Of a DNA stretch of 64,000 nucleotides, positions 50,593 through 61,728 are shown piece by piece. The DNA is from an uncultured delta proteobacterium (GTDB lineage Bacteria; Myxococcota; Myxococcia; Myxococcales; Myxococcaceae). Under the pieces are notes generated by a model. That model was given only the letters and a program-made list of their open reading frames with translations, had not been told where the DNA came from and made no database searches. The first letter of the stretch is position 1. The number at the start of each line of letters is the position of its first letter. Both the position numbers and the translations under genes were made by a program. The stretch spans positions 736,001 to 800,000 of the forward strand of contig CAVZMH010000016.1 of the NCBI GenBank assembly GCA_963776345.1. The letters run 5' to 3'.

Positions 50593-52314
50593 ATGGATCC
50601 CCTGAGCATCGCCCGGGCACTTCGCGAGGTGTCGCAGTACCTCCAGCTGAAGGGCGACGATTTCTACAAGTCACGCGCCTACGACCTCGGCGCCGACCGG
50701 ATGGCCGGCTTCGGCGGCGACCTGGGGGCGCTCGTCCGCGAGGGCCGCCTCACCGAGCTGCCCAACATCGGGCCGGCTCTGGCCGAGAAGATCTCCGAGC
50801 TCCACCGGAGCGGGAGCCTCACCCTGCTCGAGCAGCTCCGGGCGGAGTTCCCGCCGGGGATCCTCGAGCTGCTCCGGCTCCCGGACCTCGGGGCGAAGAA
50901 GGCCGCCGCGCTTCACCGCTCGCTGGGCATCGGCAGCATCGACCAGCTCGAGCAGGCCTGCCTGGCCGGCCGCATCCGGGGGCTGAAGGGCTTCGGGGAG
51001 CGGAGCGAGCAGAAGCTCCTCGCCGGCATCGCCCAGTACCGCACCGCCCACGCCCGCCGCCGGCTCGGCGACGTCCTCCCGCTCGCCCGGGGGCTGCTGG
51101 CCCAGGTGCGCGCCGCCCCGGGGGTCGTCCGGGCCGAGGTCGCCGGCAGCGTCCGGCGGTGGTGTGAGCTGGTCTCCGACGTGGACCTGGTCGCCTCGGC
51201 CCGCGAGGCCGGGCCGGTGCTCGCGGTCCTGGCCCGGCAGGCCGGCGTCCTCGAGGTGCTCGGGCAGGGCGAGAGCAAGTGCTCGGTCCGGATGGAGGAC
51301 GGGCTTCAGGTCGACCTGCGCGTGCTCCCGGACGAGGACTACGCCACCGCCCTCCACCACTTCACGGGGTCGAAGTCCCACCATCTCCGCCTGCGCGGAC
51401 GGGCGCGCGACCTCGGCCTCACCATCAGCGAGTGGGGCGTGTTCCGGGGCGAGGAGAAGCTCCCGGTGCCGGAGGAGGAGGCGCTGTACGCCCTGCTGGG
51501 CATGTCCTACGTCCCCCCGGAGCTCCGGGAGGACGTGGGCGAGTTCGAGGCCGCGCTCGCCGGCGCCCTTCCGGCCGACCTCCTCCAGCCATCCGCGGTC
51601 CAGGGGGTGGTGCACACCCACAGCACCTGGAGCGACGGCAGGTCCAGCCTCGAGGAGATGGCCCGCGCCGCCGCGGCCATGGGGCTCCGCTACCTCACCG
51701 TGACCGAACACAGCGCCGCGGCGGCTTACGCCGGTGGGCTCGACGAGGCGCGGGTGCGATTGCAGTGGGAGGAGATCGCCCGGGTCCAGGAGGCCGTCCC
51801 CGGGGTGCGCCTCCTCAGGGGGCTCGAGGTGGACATCCTCGAGGACGGCGCGCTGGACCTCCCCGACCGCCTCCTCGCCCAGCTGGACCTGGTCATCGCC
51901 TCGGTCCACATCCGCCACGGTCAGGACGAGGCGGCGATGACCGCACGGGTCCTGCGGGCACTCGACCACCCCTGCACCGACGTGCTCGGACATCCCACCG
52001 GGCGGTTGCTCCAGAAGCGGGAGCCGTCGCCGGTGAACATGGCCGCGGTGGTGGAGCGGGCGGCCCGCCGCGGCGTCCTGCTGGAGGTCAACGGGAACCC
52101 CGACCGCATGGACCTGTCGGCGGAGCACGTGCGGCTCGCGCTGCAGGCCGGCGCCCGCCTGGTGGTCTCGGCCGACGCCCACAGCACCCTCGCCCTCCAC
52201 AACGTGGCATTTGCCATCCACACCGCCCGAAAGGGCGGAGCCCGGACGGCCGACGTCCTGAACACCCGCGGGCCCGACGAGTTCCTGGCGGAGATCCGGC
52301 GGCGCCGCGCCTGA
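50593..52314 (+). CDS. polX: DNA polymerase X / PHP 3'-5' exonuclease
   Basis: AGSVRR..DVD, QVDLR, FTGSK.H, PPELRE, PHP domain HTH..WSDG, TEH, HPTGR, DAH. Confidence 0.95.
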   Translation: MDPLSIARALREVSQYLQLKGDDFYKSRAYDLGADRMAGFGGDLGALVREGRLTELPNIGPALAEKISELHRSGSLTLLEQLRAEFPPGILELLRLPDLGAKKAAALHRSLGIGSIDQLEQACLAGRIRGLKGFGERSEQKLLAGIAQYRTAHARRRLGDVLPLARGLLAQVRAAPGVVRAEVAGSVRRWCELVSDVDLVASAREAGPVLAVLARQAGVLEVLGQGESKCSVRMEDGLQVDLRVLPDEDYATALHHFTGSKSHHLRLRGRARDLGLTISEWGVFRGEEKLPVPEEEALYALLGMSYVPPELREDVGEFEAALAGALPADLLQPSAVQGVVHTHSTWSDGRSSLEEMARAAAAMGLRYLTVTEHSAAAAYAGGLDEARVRLQWEEIARVQEAVPGVRLLRGLEVDILEDGALDLPDRLLAQLDLVIASVHIRHGQDEAAMTARVLRALDHPCTDVLGHPTGRLLQKREPSPVNMAAVVERAARRGVLLEVNGNPDRMDLSAEHVRLALQAGARLVVSADAHSTLALHNVAFAIHTARKGGARTADVLNTRGPDEFLAEIRRRRA

Positions 52315-52430
52315 GCCTGATCGACGCCGGCGCGCGATGCGCCGGCTCCGCGGGCGTCCCCCTGGTGCGGGGGACCGAGCCTGATCGACGCCGGCGCACC
52401 ACGCGCCGGCTCCGCAGGCGTCCGCCTGGG
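52313..52430. repeat. Two about 53-bp imperfect direct repeats, each holding a GC hairpin (REP-like)
   Basis: GAGCCTGATCGAC-GCCGGCGC-N5-GCGCCGGC-TCCGCRGGCGTCC at 52313 and 52377 (period 64). Confidence 0.8.
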
Positions 52431-52495
52431 TACGGAAGCCCGAGGCGATGCTTTGCACGTGTCATCGGGGCGTGGGACATTTTCCTCCTCCCCCG

Positions 52496-54321
<1,826 letters not shown>

Positions 54322-54325
<4 letters not shown>

Positions 54326-54822
54326 AGAGCTTCCTCCTCTCCACGCTCCTCCCGGAGCTGGACCTCCGCGACGAGACGGCCTTCGCTCGGGCGCACCCGC
54401 ACCCGTGGCTCCTCCGCGAGCCGACCGCGTGGCATCCCACGAACCCGGACGGCGTCCACACGCTCCTGATGCCCGCCACGGTGGCCGCGCCTCTCGAGGG
54501 CTCGGCCCTGGCCATCGCGCTCGAGCCGGTGGTGCGCGACGCCCCGCAGATCACCCTCGGCCGGAGCCCCTCCTGTGACCTGGTGGTCGAGGAGGGCACC
54601 GTCAGCCAGATCCACCTCGTCTTCCGGCAGGCCGAGGACGGGTGGACCGTGGAGGACCCCGGCTCCACCAACGGCTCATGGCTGGACGGCGTTCGCCTGG
54701 AGAAGGCGGTGCGCCACCGGCTCGCCGACGGCGCGCGGCTGCAGACCGCGCAGGTGCTCTTCACCTTCTCCTCGTCGGCGGGGGTGTGGCGGCGGCTGGA
54801 AGCCGAGGCGCTCCGGCATTGA
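54322..54822 (+). CDS. FHA domain protein
   Basis: LGRSPSCDL, VSQIH, DPGSTNGS. Confidence 0.9.
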
Positions 54823-55394
54823 GCCCTCCGCTGGTCGCCGTGCTGACGGCGCTCGCGCTCGGCGAGGCGGCCGGGCCCCCTCCCCCGACCTCGAGCGCGC
54901 TCCGCCGCGCGGCCGAGGCGGGCGGCCGGGCGTGGGTCCGCGTCCTGGGCAGCGCCAGCGCGGCCGGCGTGCTGGTGGGAGCGGAGGGCCAGGTCCTCAC
55001 CCTGGAAGGGGTGGTGCACGGCACGGCGGCCCTGGTGGATCTGGGCGAGGCGCGGCGCACCGCGCGCGTCGTCGAGCGGCTTCCCTCGCTCGGGCTGGTG
55101 CTGCTGGCCATCGACGGGGACGGCCCCTTCCCGGCCCCCGCGGCGCGGTTCGAGCCGCTCGCAGGCGGCGAGTGGGTGGTGGGCATCGGCGAGGGCGGGA
55201 AGTCGCCGCTCCTGGGGCGGGTGACCAGGGGGCAGAGCGGGCCCTGGTTCGAGGTGTCGATGCGCTTGCCCCCGGGGAGCCCGGTGCTGGACGCCCAGGC
55301 TCGGCTGGTCGGCGTGGTCACCCTGCCGCGGCGCGGGTCCTCGCGGGTCGCGGCGCTCTCCTCGGTCCGGGCCCAGCTGGGGCGGGCGCCGTGA
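54819..55394 (+). CDS. Secreted trypsin-like fold protein, catalytic residues apparently absent
   Basis: Signal peptide; AAGVLVG..VLT, GEWVVGIG, PGSPVLDAQARLVGV; TTG start overlapping the upstream stop. Confidence 0.65.
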   Translation: MSPPLVAVLTALALGEAAGPPPPTSSALRRAAEAGGRAWVRVLGSASAAGVLVGAEGQVLTLEGVVHGTAALVDLGEARRTARVVERLPSLGLVLLAIDGDGPFPAPAARFEPLAGGEWVVGIGEGGKSPLLGRVTRGQSGPWFEVSMRLPPGSPVLDAQARLVGVVTLPRRGSSRVAALSSVRAQLGRAP

Positions 55395-56086
55395 GCCCAC
55401 GGGGCGTGCTGCGGCAGGCGCTCGGGCTCTGGGCGGTGGCCTTCATCGCCATCGTGCTGGTGTCGCTGCTCGCGCCGCCCCCCTGGGCGAAGGTGACGGC
55501 GGTGGTGGCCTTCCTCTACCTCCCGCTCGCGGCCATGCGCGGGACGAACGAGGACGCGCGGGACTACGGGGTCACGCTCGTCCACTGGCGGACCGACGTC
55601 CTGCTCGCGCTCGGGCTCCTCGCCGTGGTCGCGCCGCTGTTCCTGCTCGGCTACGAGGCCTGGTTCGCGCACCTCGTCGGGCAGGCGCGCGCCGGGCCGC
55701 CGCCGGGCCTCGCCCTCCACCCGCGGATGCCCGTCGGTTACGGGTGGAGCAACGTGGTCGACGAGCTCTTCGTCACCGCGCTGCCCGAGGAGTTCTTCTA
55801 CCGGGGCTGGCTCCAGGCGCGGCTCAAGCGGGTCTGGCCCGGCGGGGCGCGCATCGCCGGGGTGGTGGTGGGCCCGGCGTTCCTCCTCACGGCGGCGCTC
55901 TTCGCCCTGGGGCACCTGGCCATCTTCCAGGCCTCGCGGCTGGCGGTGTTCTTCCCCGCGCTGCTCTTCGGCTGGCTCCGCGAGCGGACCGGCACCGTCC
56001 TCGGGAGCACCCTGTTCCACGCCGCGTGCAACATCCTCGCGAAGGCGGTGAGCGCGTCGGTGAGCCCGCTCTGGGACGCCCGCTAG
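55391..56086 (+). CDS. CPBP (Rce1/Abi) intramembrane glutamic protease, myxosortase MrtX-like
   Basis: PEEFFYRG, LFALGH, FFP.LLFGWLRERTG, FHAACN; gene context resembles the MrtX locus as I recall it. Confidence 0.85.
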   Translation: MSPRGVLRQALGLWAVAFIAIVLVSLLAPPPWAKVTAVVAFLYLPLAAMRGTNEDARDYGVTLVHWRTDVLLALGLLAVVAPLFLLGYEAWFAHLVGQARAGPPPGLALHPRMPVGYGWSNVVDELFVTALPEEFFYRGWLQARLKRVWPGGARIAGVVVGPAFLLTAALFALGHLAIFQASRLAVFFPALLFGWLRERTGTVLGSTLFHAACNILAKAVSASVSPLWDAR

Positions 56087-56907
56087 AGCAGCTCGGGCTC
56101 GAGGCTCGGCCCGACGCCCAGCGCTCCGCCGTCCGGGATGGGGAGCCAGTGCGCCCCGGGCCCCAGGGGCACCGAGGTGACGGCGACGGCGCGGGAGCGG
56201 AGGTGCGCCCGGACGAGCGCCCGCGACTTCGAGTGCTCGTCGAGCCTGCACCGGCGGCAGCGGCCCTCGCCCTCGAGCAGGCGCATCTGGGCCGGGAGGT
56301 CCCCGGTGCGCGCGGCGAGGAGCATGCGGCCGTCGGTCGCCAGGAGCAGAAGGCGCGCGGCGCGGACGGCGCCCTCGGTCGCCGAGCGCTGGGCGAGCAC
56401 CCGGGCGACCTGTCCGAGCATCCGGGCGCCGTCGCGGGCAGCGAGCGGCCGGTTCTGGTCGAGCGGGGGCAAGGCGCCGAGGAAGAGCGCGAAGCTCGCC
56501 GCGGCCACGGTGCGGCTCCCCACCGCCCGGAGCAGATGCGGCGGCAGCTCCGCGTCGAGCCACGCCTGGACCCGGGGGAAGGCCTCGAGGTCTCCCTCGC
56601 AGGAGAAGAGCCAGGCGCCGTGCCGGAGCGGCTGGACGTCCTCCTCGAGCGAAGCGCCCGGGCCGAGCGCCTGGGCCCGGTACAGGAGCGCCGAGGCGGG
56701 CGCGGCGAGCTCCGGGTCGACGAGGGAACGCGGCGCGACGCGGGCCGCCCAGCGGCGGAGGAGGGGCTCGCCGGCCGAGACCGTCCCGAGGCCCACCAGG
56801 GTGGTCGAGTGTGTGCTGATTCCCAGCTGGACCTGAGCGTCGAGCCGGAGCAGCTGGCACCCGAGGAGGTCCGGGTGCGAGGTGAGAATACCGAAGCTTC
56901 CGCCCAT
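56083..56907 (-). CDS. Class II glutamine amidotransferase-like (Ntn) protein lacking the N-terminal Cys
   Basis: VQPLRHGAWLFSCEG, LLATDGRMLLA, AVTSVPL..W..IPDG; begins MGGSF. Confidence 0.7.
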   Translation of the reverse strand: MGGSFGILTSHPDLLGCQLLRLDAQVQLGISTHSTTLVGLGTVSAGEPLLRRWAARVAPRSLVDPELAAPASALLYRAQALGPGASLEEDVQPLRHGAWLFSCEGDLEAFPRVQAWLDAELPPHLLRAVGSRTVAAASFALFLGALPPLDQNRPLAARDGARMLGQVARVLAQRSATEGAVRAARLLLLATDGRMLLAARTGDLPAQMRLLEGEGRCRRCRLDEHSKSRALVRAHLRSRAVAVTSVPLGPGAHWLPIPDGGALGVGPSLEPELL

Positions 56908-57039
56908 CTGGTTCCGTGCTCCTCCGCCCAAGAAGGTAACATCTGAGGCCGCCGCGAGCCGGGGGGCGACGGGAATTTTCCCCCCGTGCGCCCGCATCCC
57001 GGCACCCTGGTGACATCGGGCTGGCCCTGGAGGATGTGC

Positions 57040-58689
57040 ATGGCGGACGACATCGCGATCGGCATCGACCTCGGGACGTCGTACTCCTGCGTGTCGATCG
57101 TCGAAAACGGTGAGCCGGTGGTCCTCCCCAACGAGTGGGGCGAGGTGAACCACGCCTCGGTGGTCTCGTTCCTCGAGGACGGGACGGTGCTGGTGGGAAA
57201 CACCGCCAAGCGCAACATCATCACCCGCGCCGAGACCACCGTGTACTCGGCCAAGCGGTTGATCGGCCGCTACTACTTCTCCGACGAGGTGAAGAAGGCG
57301 ATGGCGGTGATGCCGTACCGCATCGTCGAGGGCGAGAACAACTCGGTGCGGATCCAGGTCCGCGACGAGCTCTACTCGCTCCCCGAGATCTCCGCGCTGG
57401 TGCTCAAGGAGATGAAGGCCATCGCCGAGCAGTACCTCGGCCGACCGGTGAGCAAGGCGGTGATCACCGTCCCCGCCTACTTCAACGACAACCAGCGCCA
57501 GGCGACCAAGGACGCGGGCCGCATCGCCGGCCTGAGCGTGCTCCGCATCCTGAACGAGCCCACGGCGGCGGCGCTGGCCTACGGCTTCGGGCGCGACGTC
57601 AACCAGCGGGTGGTGATCTACGACCTGGGCGGCGGCACGTTCGACGTGTCGATCCTGGAGATCGGCAAGGACGTCTTCGAGGTGCTCTCCACCGCCGGCG
57701 ACACCTACCTCGGCGGCGACGACTTCGACGACCGGATCATGACCTGGCTCGCGGACGACTTCCTCGCCCGCACCCGGCTCGATCTCCGGCAGAGCAAGTA
57801 CTGCCTCCAGATGCTCAAGGAGGCGGCGGAGCAGGCGAAGATCGACGTGGGCCAGAAGGGCACCGCCGACGTCCATTGCCAGAACATCTGCCAGGACGCG
57901 ACCGGGCAGGTGATGGACCTCCGGGCCACCCTCACCGCCGACCAGTTCAACCGGATGGTGATGGACCTGGTCCAGCGCACGTTCAAGGTCTGCGACGAGG
58001 CGCTGCAGAGCGCCCGGCTCACCGCGGCCGACGTGGACGCGGTCATCCTGGTCGGCGGCCCCACCCGGCTGCCCATCGTCCAGAACTCGGTGAAGCACTA
58101 CTTCCAGCGGGAGCCGCTGGAGGGCATCAACCCCGACCAGGTGGTGGCGATGGGCGCGGCGCTCCAGGCCCACGCCCTGATGGACGCCAAGACCGAGACC
58201 TTCCTGGTCGACGTCACCCCGCTCACCCTCCGCATCGGCACGGTGGGCGGCTTCACCGAGCGGATCATCGAGAAGAACACCCCCGTGCCGATCGACCGGT
58301 CCAAGACCTTCACCACCAGCCGCGACGGGCAGGAGCGGGTGAAGATCCGCGTGTACCAGGGCGAGTCCAACCGGGCGGACGAGTGCGAGATGCTCGGCGA
58401 GTTCGAGTTCGCCGGCTTCCGGGTGGGCTACCGGGGCGAGGTGAAAATCGAGGTCACCTTCGAGATCAACACCGACGGCATCGTCAACGTCTCGGCCGCC
58501 GACATGGAGACCGGGCAGAAGACGTCGACCACCATCTCCCTCTCCTCCGGCCTGAGCGAGGCCGACATCCAGCGGTCCATCCAGCTGAACCGGCAGACAC
58601 GACTCGCCCGGGGTGCGATGGTGCACTCCGTCCCGCCCGGCACCTCTCGTGACGTCCTGCCCGAGCTGCCGAGCGCCGTGGAGGGATGA
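57040..58689 (+). CDS. Hsp70 family chaperone (non-canonical DnaK paralog)
   Basis: [36 protein letters not shown]; about 550 aa with no obvious helical lid. Confidence 0.95.
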   Translation: MADDIAIGIDLGTSYSCVSIVENGEPVVLPNEWGEVNHASVVSFLEDGTVLVGNTAKRNIITRAETTVYSAKRLIGRYYFSDEVKKAMAVMPYRIVEGENNSVRIQVRDELYSLPEISALVLKEMKAIAEQYLGRPVSKAVITVPAYFNDNQRQATKDAGRIAGLSVLRILNEPTAAALAYGFGRDVNQRVVIYDLGGGTFDVSILEIGKDVFEVLSTAGDTYLGGDDFDDRIMTWLADDFLARTRLDLRQSKYCLQMLKEAAEQAKIDVGQKGTADVHCQNICQDATGQVMDLRATLTADQFNRMVMDLVQRTFKVCDEALQSARLTAADVDAVILVGGPTRLPIVQNSVKHYFQREPLEGINPDQVVAMGAALQAHALMDAKTETFLVDVTPLTLRIGTVGGFTERIIEKNTPVPIDRSKTFTTSRDGQERVKIRVYQGESNRADECEMLGEFEFAGFRVGYRGEVKIEVTFEINTDGIVNVSAADMETGQKTSTTISLSSGLSEADIQRSIQLNRQTRLARGAMVHSVPPGTSRDVLPELPSAVEG

Positions 58690-60308
58690 GCGCAGCCGTG
58701 AGCGACGCGCCCGACAAGCCGGGCTCCGCGTCACCGGTTCCCCCGGCCGGGCCGGTGCGCCCCACCATCACCCAGCCACTCGCGCCAGTGGAGCCGGAGG
58801 CGGCCGACCCGGACGCGTTCGAGACCACCGGGTCCTTCAGCACCGGCGCCGCGGGGGTCCCGGTCATCGACGCGCCGTTCCCGCCCGCGCCTCGCCCGGC
58901 CGCGACCGGGGGGACGCCGGCCGGCGCCGCGCCCCGCCCGCCCGGAGCGCCCGCTCCCGGCGCTCCGGAGCCCCGTCCCGGCGGCACGCCGGGCGCCGGG
59001 ACGCGCTCGCCCCCGGCCGGGAGCGCCCCGGCCCGCGCGGCCACCGGCTCGGCGGTTCCCACCGCCCCGCAGGGGACGCCCGCCGCGACGAGGGCTCCCG
59101 CCCCGCCTCGCCCGCCCGCCACCGGGGCGACGCCTACCGGCGCCGCGCCCCGCCCACCCGGAGCGCCCGCTCCCGGCGCTCCGGCGCCTCGTCCGGGCAG
59201 CCCGCCGGGCGCAGGAACACGCTCGACCCCAGCCGGGAGCGCGCCGGCCCGCACGGCCACCGGCTCGGCGATTCCTGCCGCACCGCCGGCCCCGTCCCGC
59301 CCTGCCGCCGCGGCTCCTCCGGGCGCGCCGCCACGCCTGCCCACCCGTGAGGTGCCAGCTCCTCCGATGGGCACCCCGACCCAGGAGCTCCTCACCGAGC
59401 AGGCTCGCGCCGCGGGGCTCCCGCCCCAGCCCGGCGTCCTGCCGGCGAAGGTCTTCCGTCCTGCCGCGCCCGGAGCCACGAGCGCGCCGCTGCCCTCGCT
59501 CGGGGTGCGCATCGCCCCGGTCATCCCCCCGCTCGCGCCCGTGCCACCGGCAGCCCCGCGACCCGGGCCGCCGGCGAGCGCGCCGCGCATCCCGCACCGG
59601 CCCACCCGCAACCCGATGAGCGAGACCAGCCTCGGCATCCCGGTGATGCCCCCGCCGCCGCTCCAGGCGGGGCCGCTCCCTTCGCTCGACGTGCGCATCG
59701 CCCCCCTCGTGCCGCCGGTGGCGCCGGTGTCTGCCGCGGCCGCTCCCCCGGCGGGCCCCGAGGCACAGGTGGCGTGGAAGGCCGAGCGGCTGGACACGCT
59801 CGACTACTTCGAGCTCCTGGGCGTGGACACCACCGCCAGCGCGAGCGAGGTGAAGCGCGCCTTCTACGGCGAGAGCCGGGCCTACCACCCCGACCGCTTC
59901 TTCCACCTCACGGACGAGGCGTTCAAGGCGCGCGTCCACGAGGTCTACAAGCGGGTCACCGAGGCCTACTACGTGCTCCGCGACGACGTCCGCCGCCCCA
60001 AGTACCTGGCCGACGTGACCGGGCCGGACCGCGCCCGGAAGCTGCGCTTCGACGAGCTGGCCGAGCAGGAGACCAAGGCGGCGGTGAAGCAGCAGGCCGC
60101 CGAGCAGATCGGCCTCCACCCCAAGGCCCGCCAGCTCTTCCAGACGGCGATGACCGAAGTCGAGCAGGGCAACCTCGCCGCCGCCGAGCGCGGGCTGAAG
60201 ATGGCCCTCACCTACGAGCCGCAGAACGCGCTCTACAAGGAGAAGCTCGCCGCGGTGCAGGACCAGCTCTACGAGGCGTCCCGGGGCAAGCAGTTCAAGA
60301 TCACATGA
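58686..60308 (+). CDS. Pro/Ala-rich protein with C-terminal J-domain and TPR
   Basis: [37 protein letters not shown]. Confidence 0.88.
   Translation: MSAAVSDAPDKPGSASPVPPAGPVRPTITQPLAPVEPEAADPDAFETTGSFSTGAAGVPVIDAPFPPAPRPAATGGTPAGAAPRPPGAPAPGAPEPRPGGTPGAGTRSPPAGSAPARAATGSAVPTAPQGTPAATRAPAPPRPPATGATPTGAAPRPPGAPAPGAPAPRPGSPPGAGTRSTPAGSAPARTATGSAIPAAPPAPSRPAAAAPPGAPPRLPTREVPAPPMGTPTQELLTEQARAAGLPPQPGVLPAKVFRPAAPGATSAPLPSLGVRIAPVIPPLAPVPPAAPRPGPPASAPRIPHRPTRNPMSETSLGIPVMPPPPLQAGPLPSLDVRIAPLVPPVAPVSAAAAPPAGPEAQVAWKAERLDTLDYFELLGVDTTASASEVKRAFYGESRAYHPDRFFHLTDEAFKARVHEVYKRVTEAYYVLRDDVRRPKYLADVTGPDRARKLRFDELAEQETKAAVKQQAAEQIGLHPKARQLFQTAMTEVEQGNLAAAERGLKMALTYEPQNALYKEKLAAVQDQLYEASRGKQFKIT
58890..59290 (+). 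repeat. Intragenic tandem duplication, 216-nt (72-aa) period
   Basis: [48 protein letters not shown] occurs at 58890 and 59106. Confidence 0.85.
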
Positions 60309-61105
60309 CCGTCGACCTGGTGGTGCTCGCCCTGGTGGCGGTGGGGGCGGTGTTCGGCGCCCGCGCCGGCGCCGCCCGGCAGATCGCCAGCTGGGGCGCG
60401 CTGGTGCTGGGCGCGCTCGCCGCCCGCCCCGGAGGCGCCCTGCTCGGGCCGGCCTTCGGGAGGTTCTTCCACACCTCCGAGAGCCTCGGGGGGGTGGCGG
60501 CGAGCTTCGCCACCTTCATCGTCGTCGCGGTGGTGGTGCGCCTCGCCGGAACGCGCCTGCTCCAGGGCGTCCTGGGCGGGTCCGACCCCGCGGAGCGAGG
60601 CACGGACCGCGCGCTGGGCGCGCTCCTCGGGGCGGGGAAGGTCGCCGCGGTGGCGTGGGTGGCGCTGTCGGCGCTCGCCTTCGTGGAGGCCAACGTGCAG
60701 CTCGCCGGGAAGGGCCTGGGCATCTCGCCGAAGGACTCGACCGCCTTCGCCATCGCCCGGCGGTGGAACCTGTTCTCGGCGCCGTTCTTCTCCAAGGCGG
60801 CGGACCTCGCGACCGCCCAGAAGGTCTTCCGCTCCCCGGAGCTCTTCGAGCGCGTGGCGCAGAACCCGGCGGTCACCGCCCTGGAGAAGAACCCCCGCTT
60901 TCGCGCCGTCGTCTCCGACCCCGAGGTGAAGGAGGCGCTGGAGCGGGGGGACACCATGTCCCTCCTCAAGAGCGCCTCGGTCCACAAGCTGCTCCAGGAC
61001 CCTGAGGCGCTGGCCCACCTGGCCAGCCTCCGGGAGGTGGTGGAGAAGCTCCCGGACCGGGGTGCTCCGAATGCAGTTGCTCCCCGCCCCGCACGGGTTA
61101 AGTGA
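60305..61105 (+). CDS. CvpA family membrane protein
   Basis: DLVVL..GAR.GAARQ, DRALGALLG; helical C-terminal extension. Confidence 0.85.
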   Translation: MTVDLVVLALVAVGAVFGARAGAARQIASWGALVLGALAARPGGALLGPAFGRFFHTSESLGGVAASFATFIVVAVVVRLAGTRLLQGVLGGSDPAERGTDRALGALLGAGKVAAVAWVALSALAFVEANVQLAGKGLGISPKDSTAFAIARRWNLFSAPFFSKAADLATAQKVFRSPELFERVAQNPAVTALEKNPRFRAVVSDPEVKEALERGDTMSLLKSASVHKLLQDPEALAHLASLREVVEKLPDRGAPNAVAPRPARVK

Positions 61106-61111
61106 GCGCCC

Positions 61112-61579
61112 ATGGCGATGCCCGACGTCGGCGACAAGGCCCCCGCGTTCAGTCTCGAGGACCAGTCCGGGAAGACGGTCAAGCTCTCCGACTTCAAGGG
61201 CCGGAAGGTGGTCCTCTACTTCTACCCGAAGGACGACACCCCGGGTTGCACCCGGGAGGCCTGCGCCTTCCGCGACGAGCACTCGGCGCTCCAGAAGGCG
61301 GGCGCGGTGGTCCTGGGCATCAGCCCCGACTCGGGAGCGAGTCACGCGAAGTTCGCCGGGAAGTACAAGCTTCCCTTCCCGCTCCTCGCCGACACCGACC
61401 ACGCCGTGGCGGAGAAGTACGGAGCGTGGGGCGAGAAGTCGATGTACGGGCGGAAGTTCATGGGCATCACCCGCTCCACGTTCCTGGTGGATGGGTCGGG
61501 CAAGGTCGCCCGGGTGTGGCCCAAGGTGAAGGTCGACGGGCACGCGGACCAGGTGCTCGAGGCGGTCCGGGAGAGCTGA
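61112..61579 (+). CDS. bcp: Thioredoxin-dependent peroxiredoxin BCP
   Basis: [20 protein letters not shown]. Confidence 0.95.
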   Translation: MAMPDVGDKAPAFSLEDQSGKTVKLSDFKGRKVVLYFYPKDDTPGCTREACAFRDEHSALQKAGAVVLGISPDSGASHAKFAGKYKLPFPLLADTDHAVAEKYGAWGEKSMYGRKFMGITRSTFLVDGSGKVARVWPKVKVDGHADQVLEAVRES

Positions 61580-61652
61580 GGCCCCCGACGCTATCGGCCC
61601 GGCCGCCCGGCCCGGTCACCTCCCCGTCCGGGCGGCGCCGCGGTGCGGAGTG

Positions 61653-61680
61653 TTGACGGACCCTCGTGTTTCTCTATCCT
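61653..61680 (+). promoter_or_regulatory. Putative sigma-70 promoter for speA
   Basis: TTGACG-N16-TATCCT, with a GGAGG RBS downstream. Confidence 0.5.
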
Positions 61681-61728
61681 GCACGGCCACCTGCAAGACG
61701 CCGGCCGCCCGGAGGTCCTGACCTCAAG

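Noticed and set aside
52313..52430. CRISPR array or intrinsic terminator
   Set aside because: Only two units, a spacer of about 10 nt, and no poly-U tract.
57040..58689. Housekeeping dnaK
   Set aside because: It is short, lacks the usual GxRTTPS motif and lid, and has no grpE or hrcA context.
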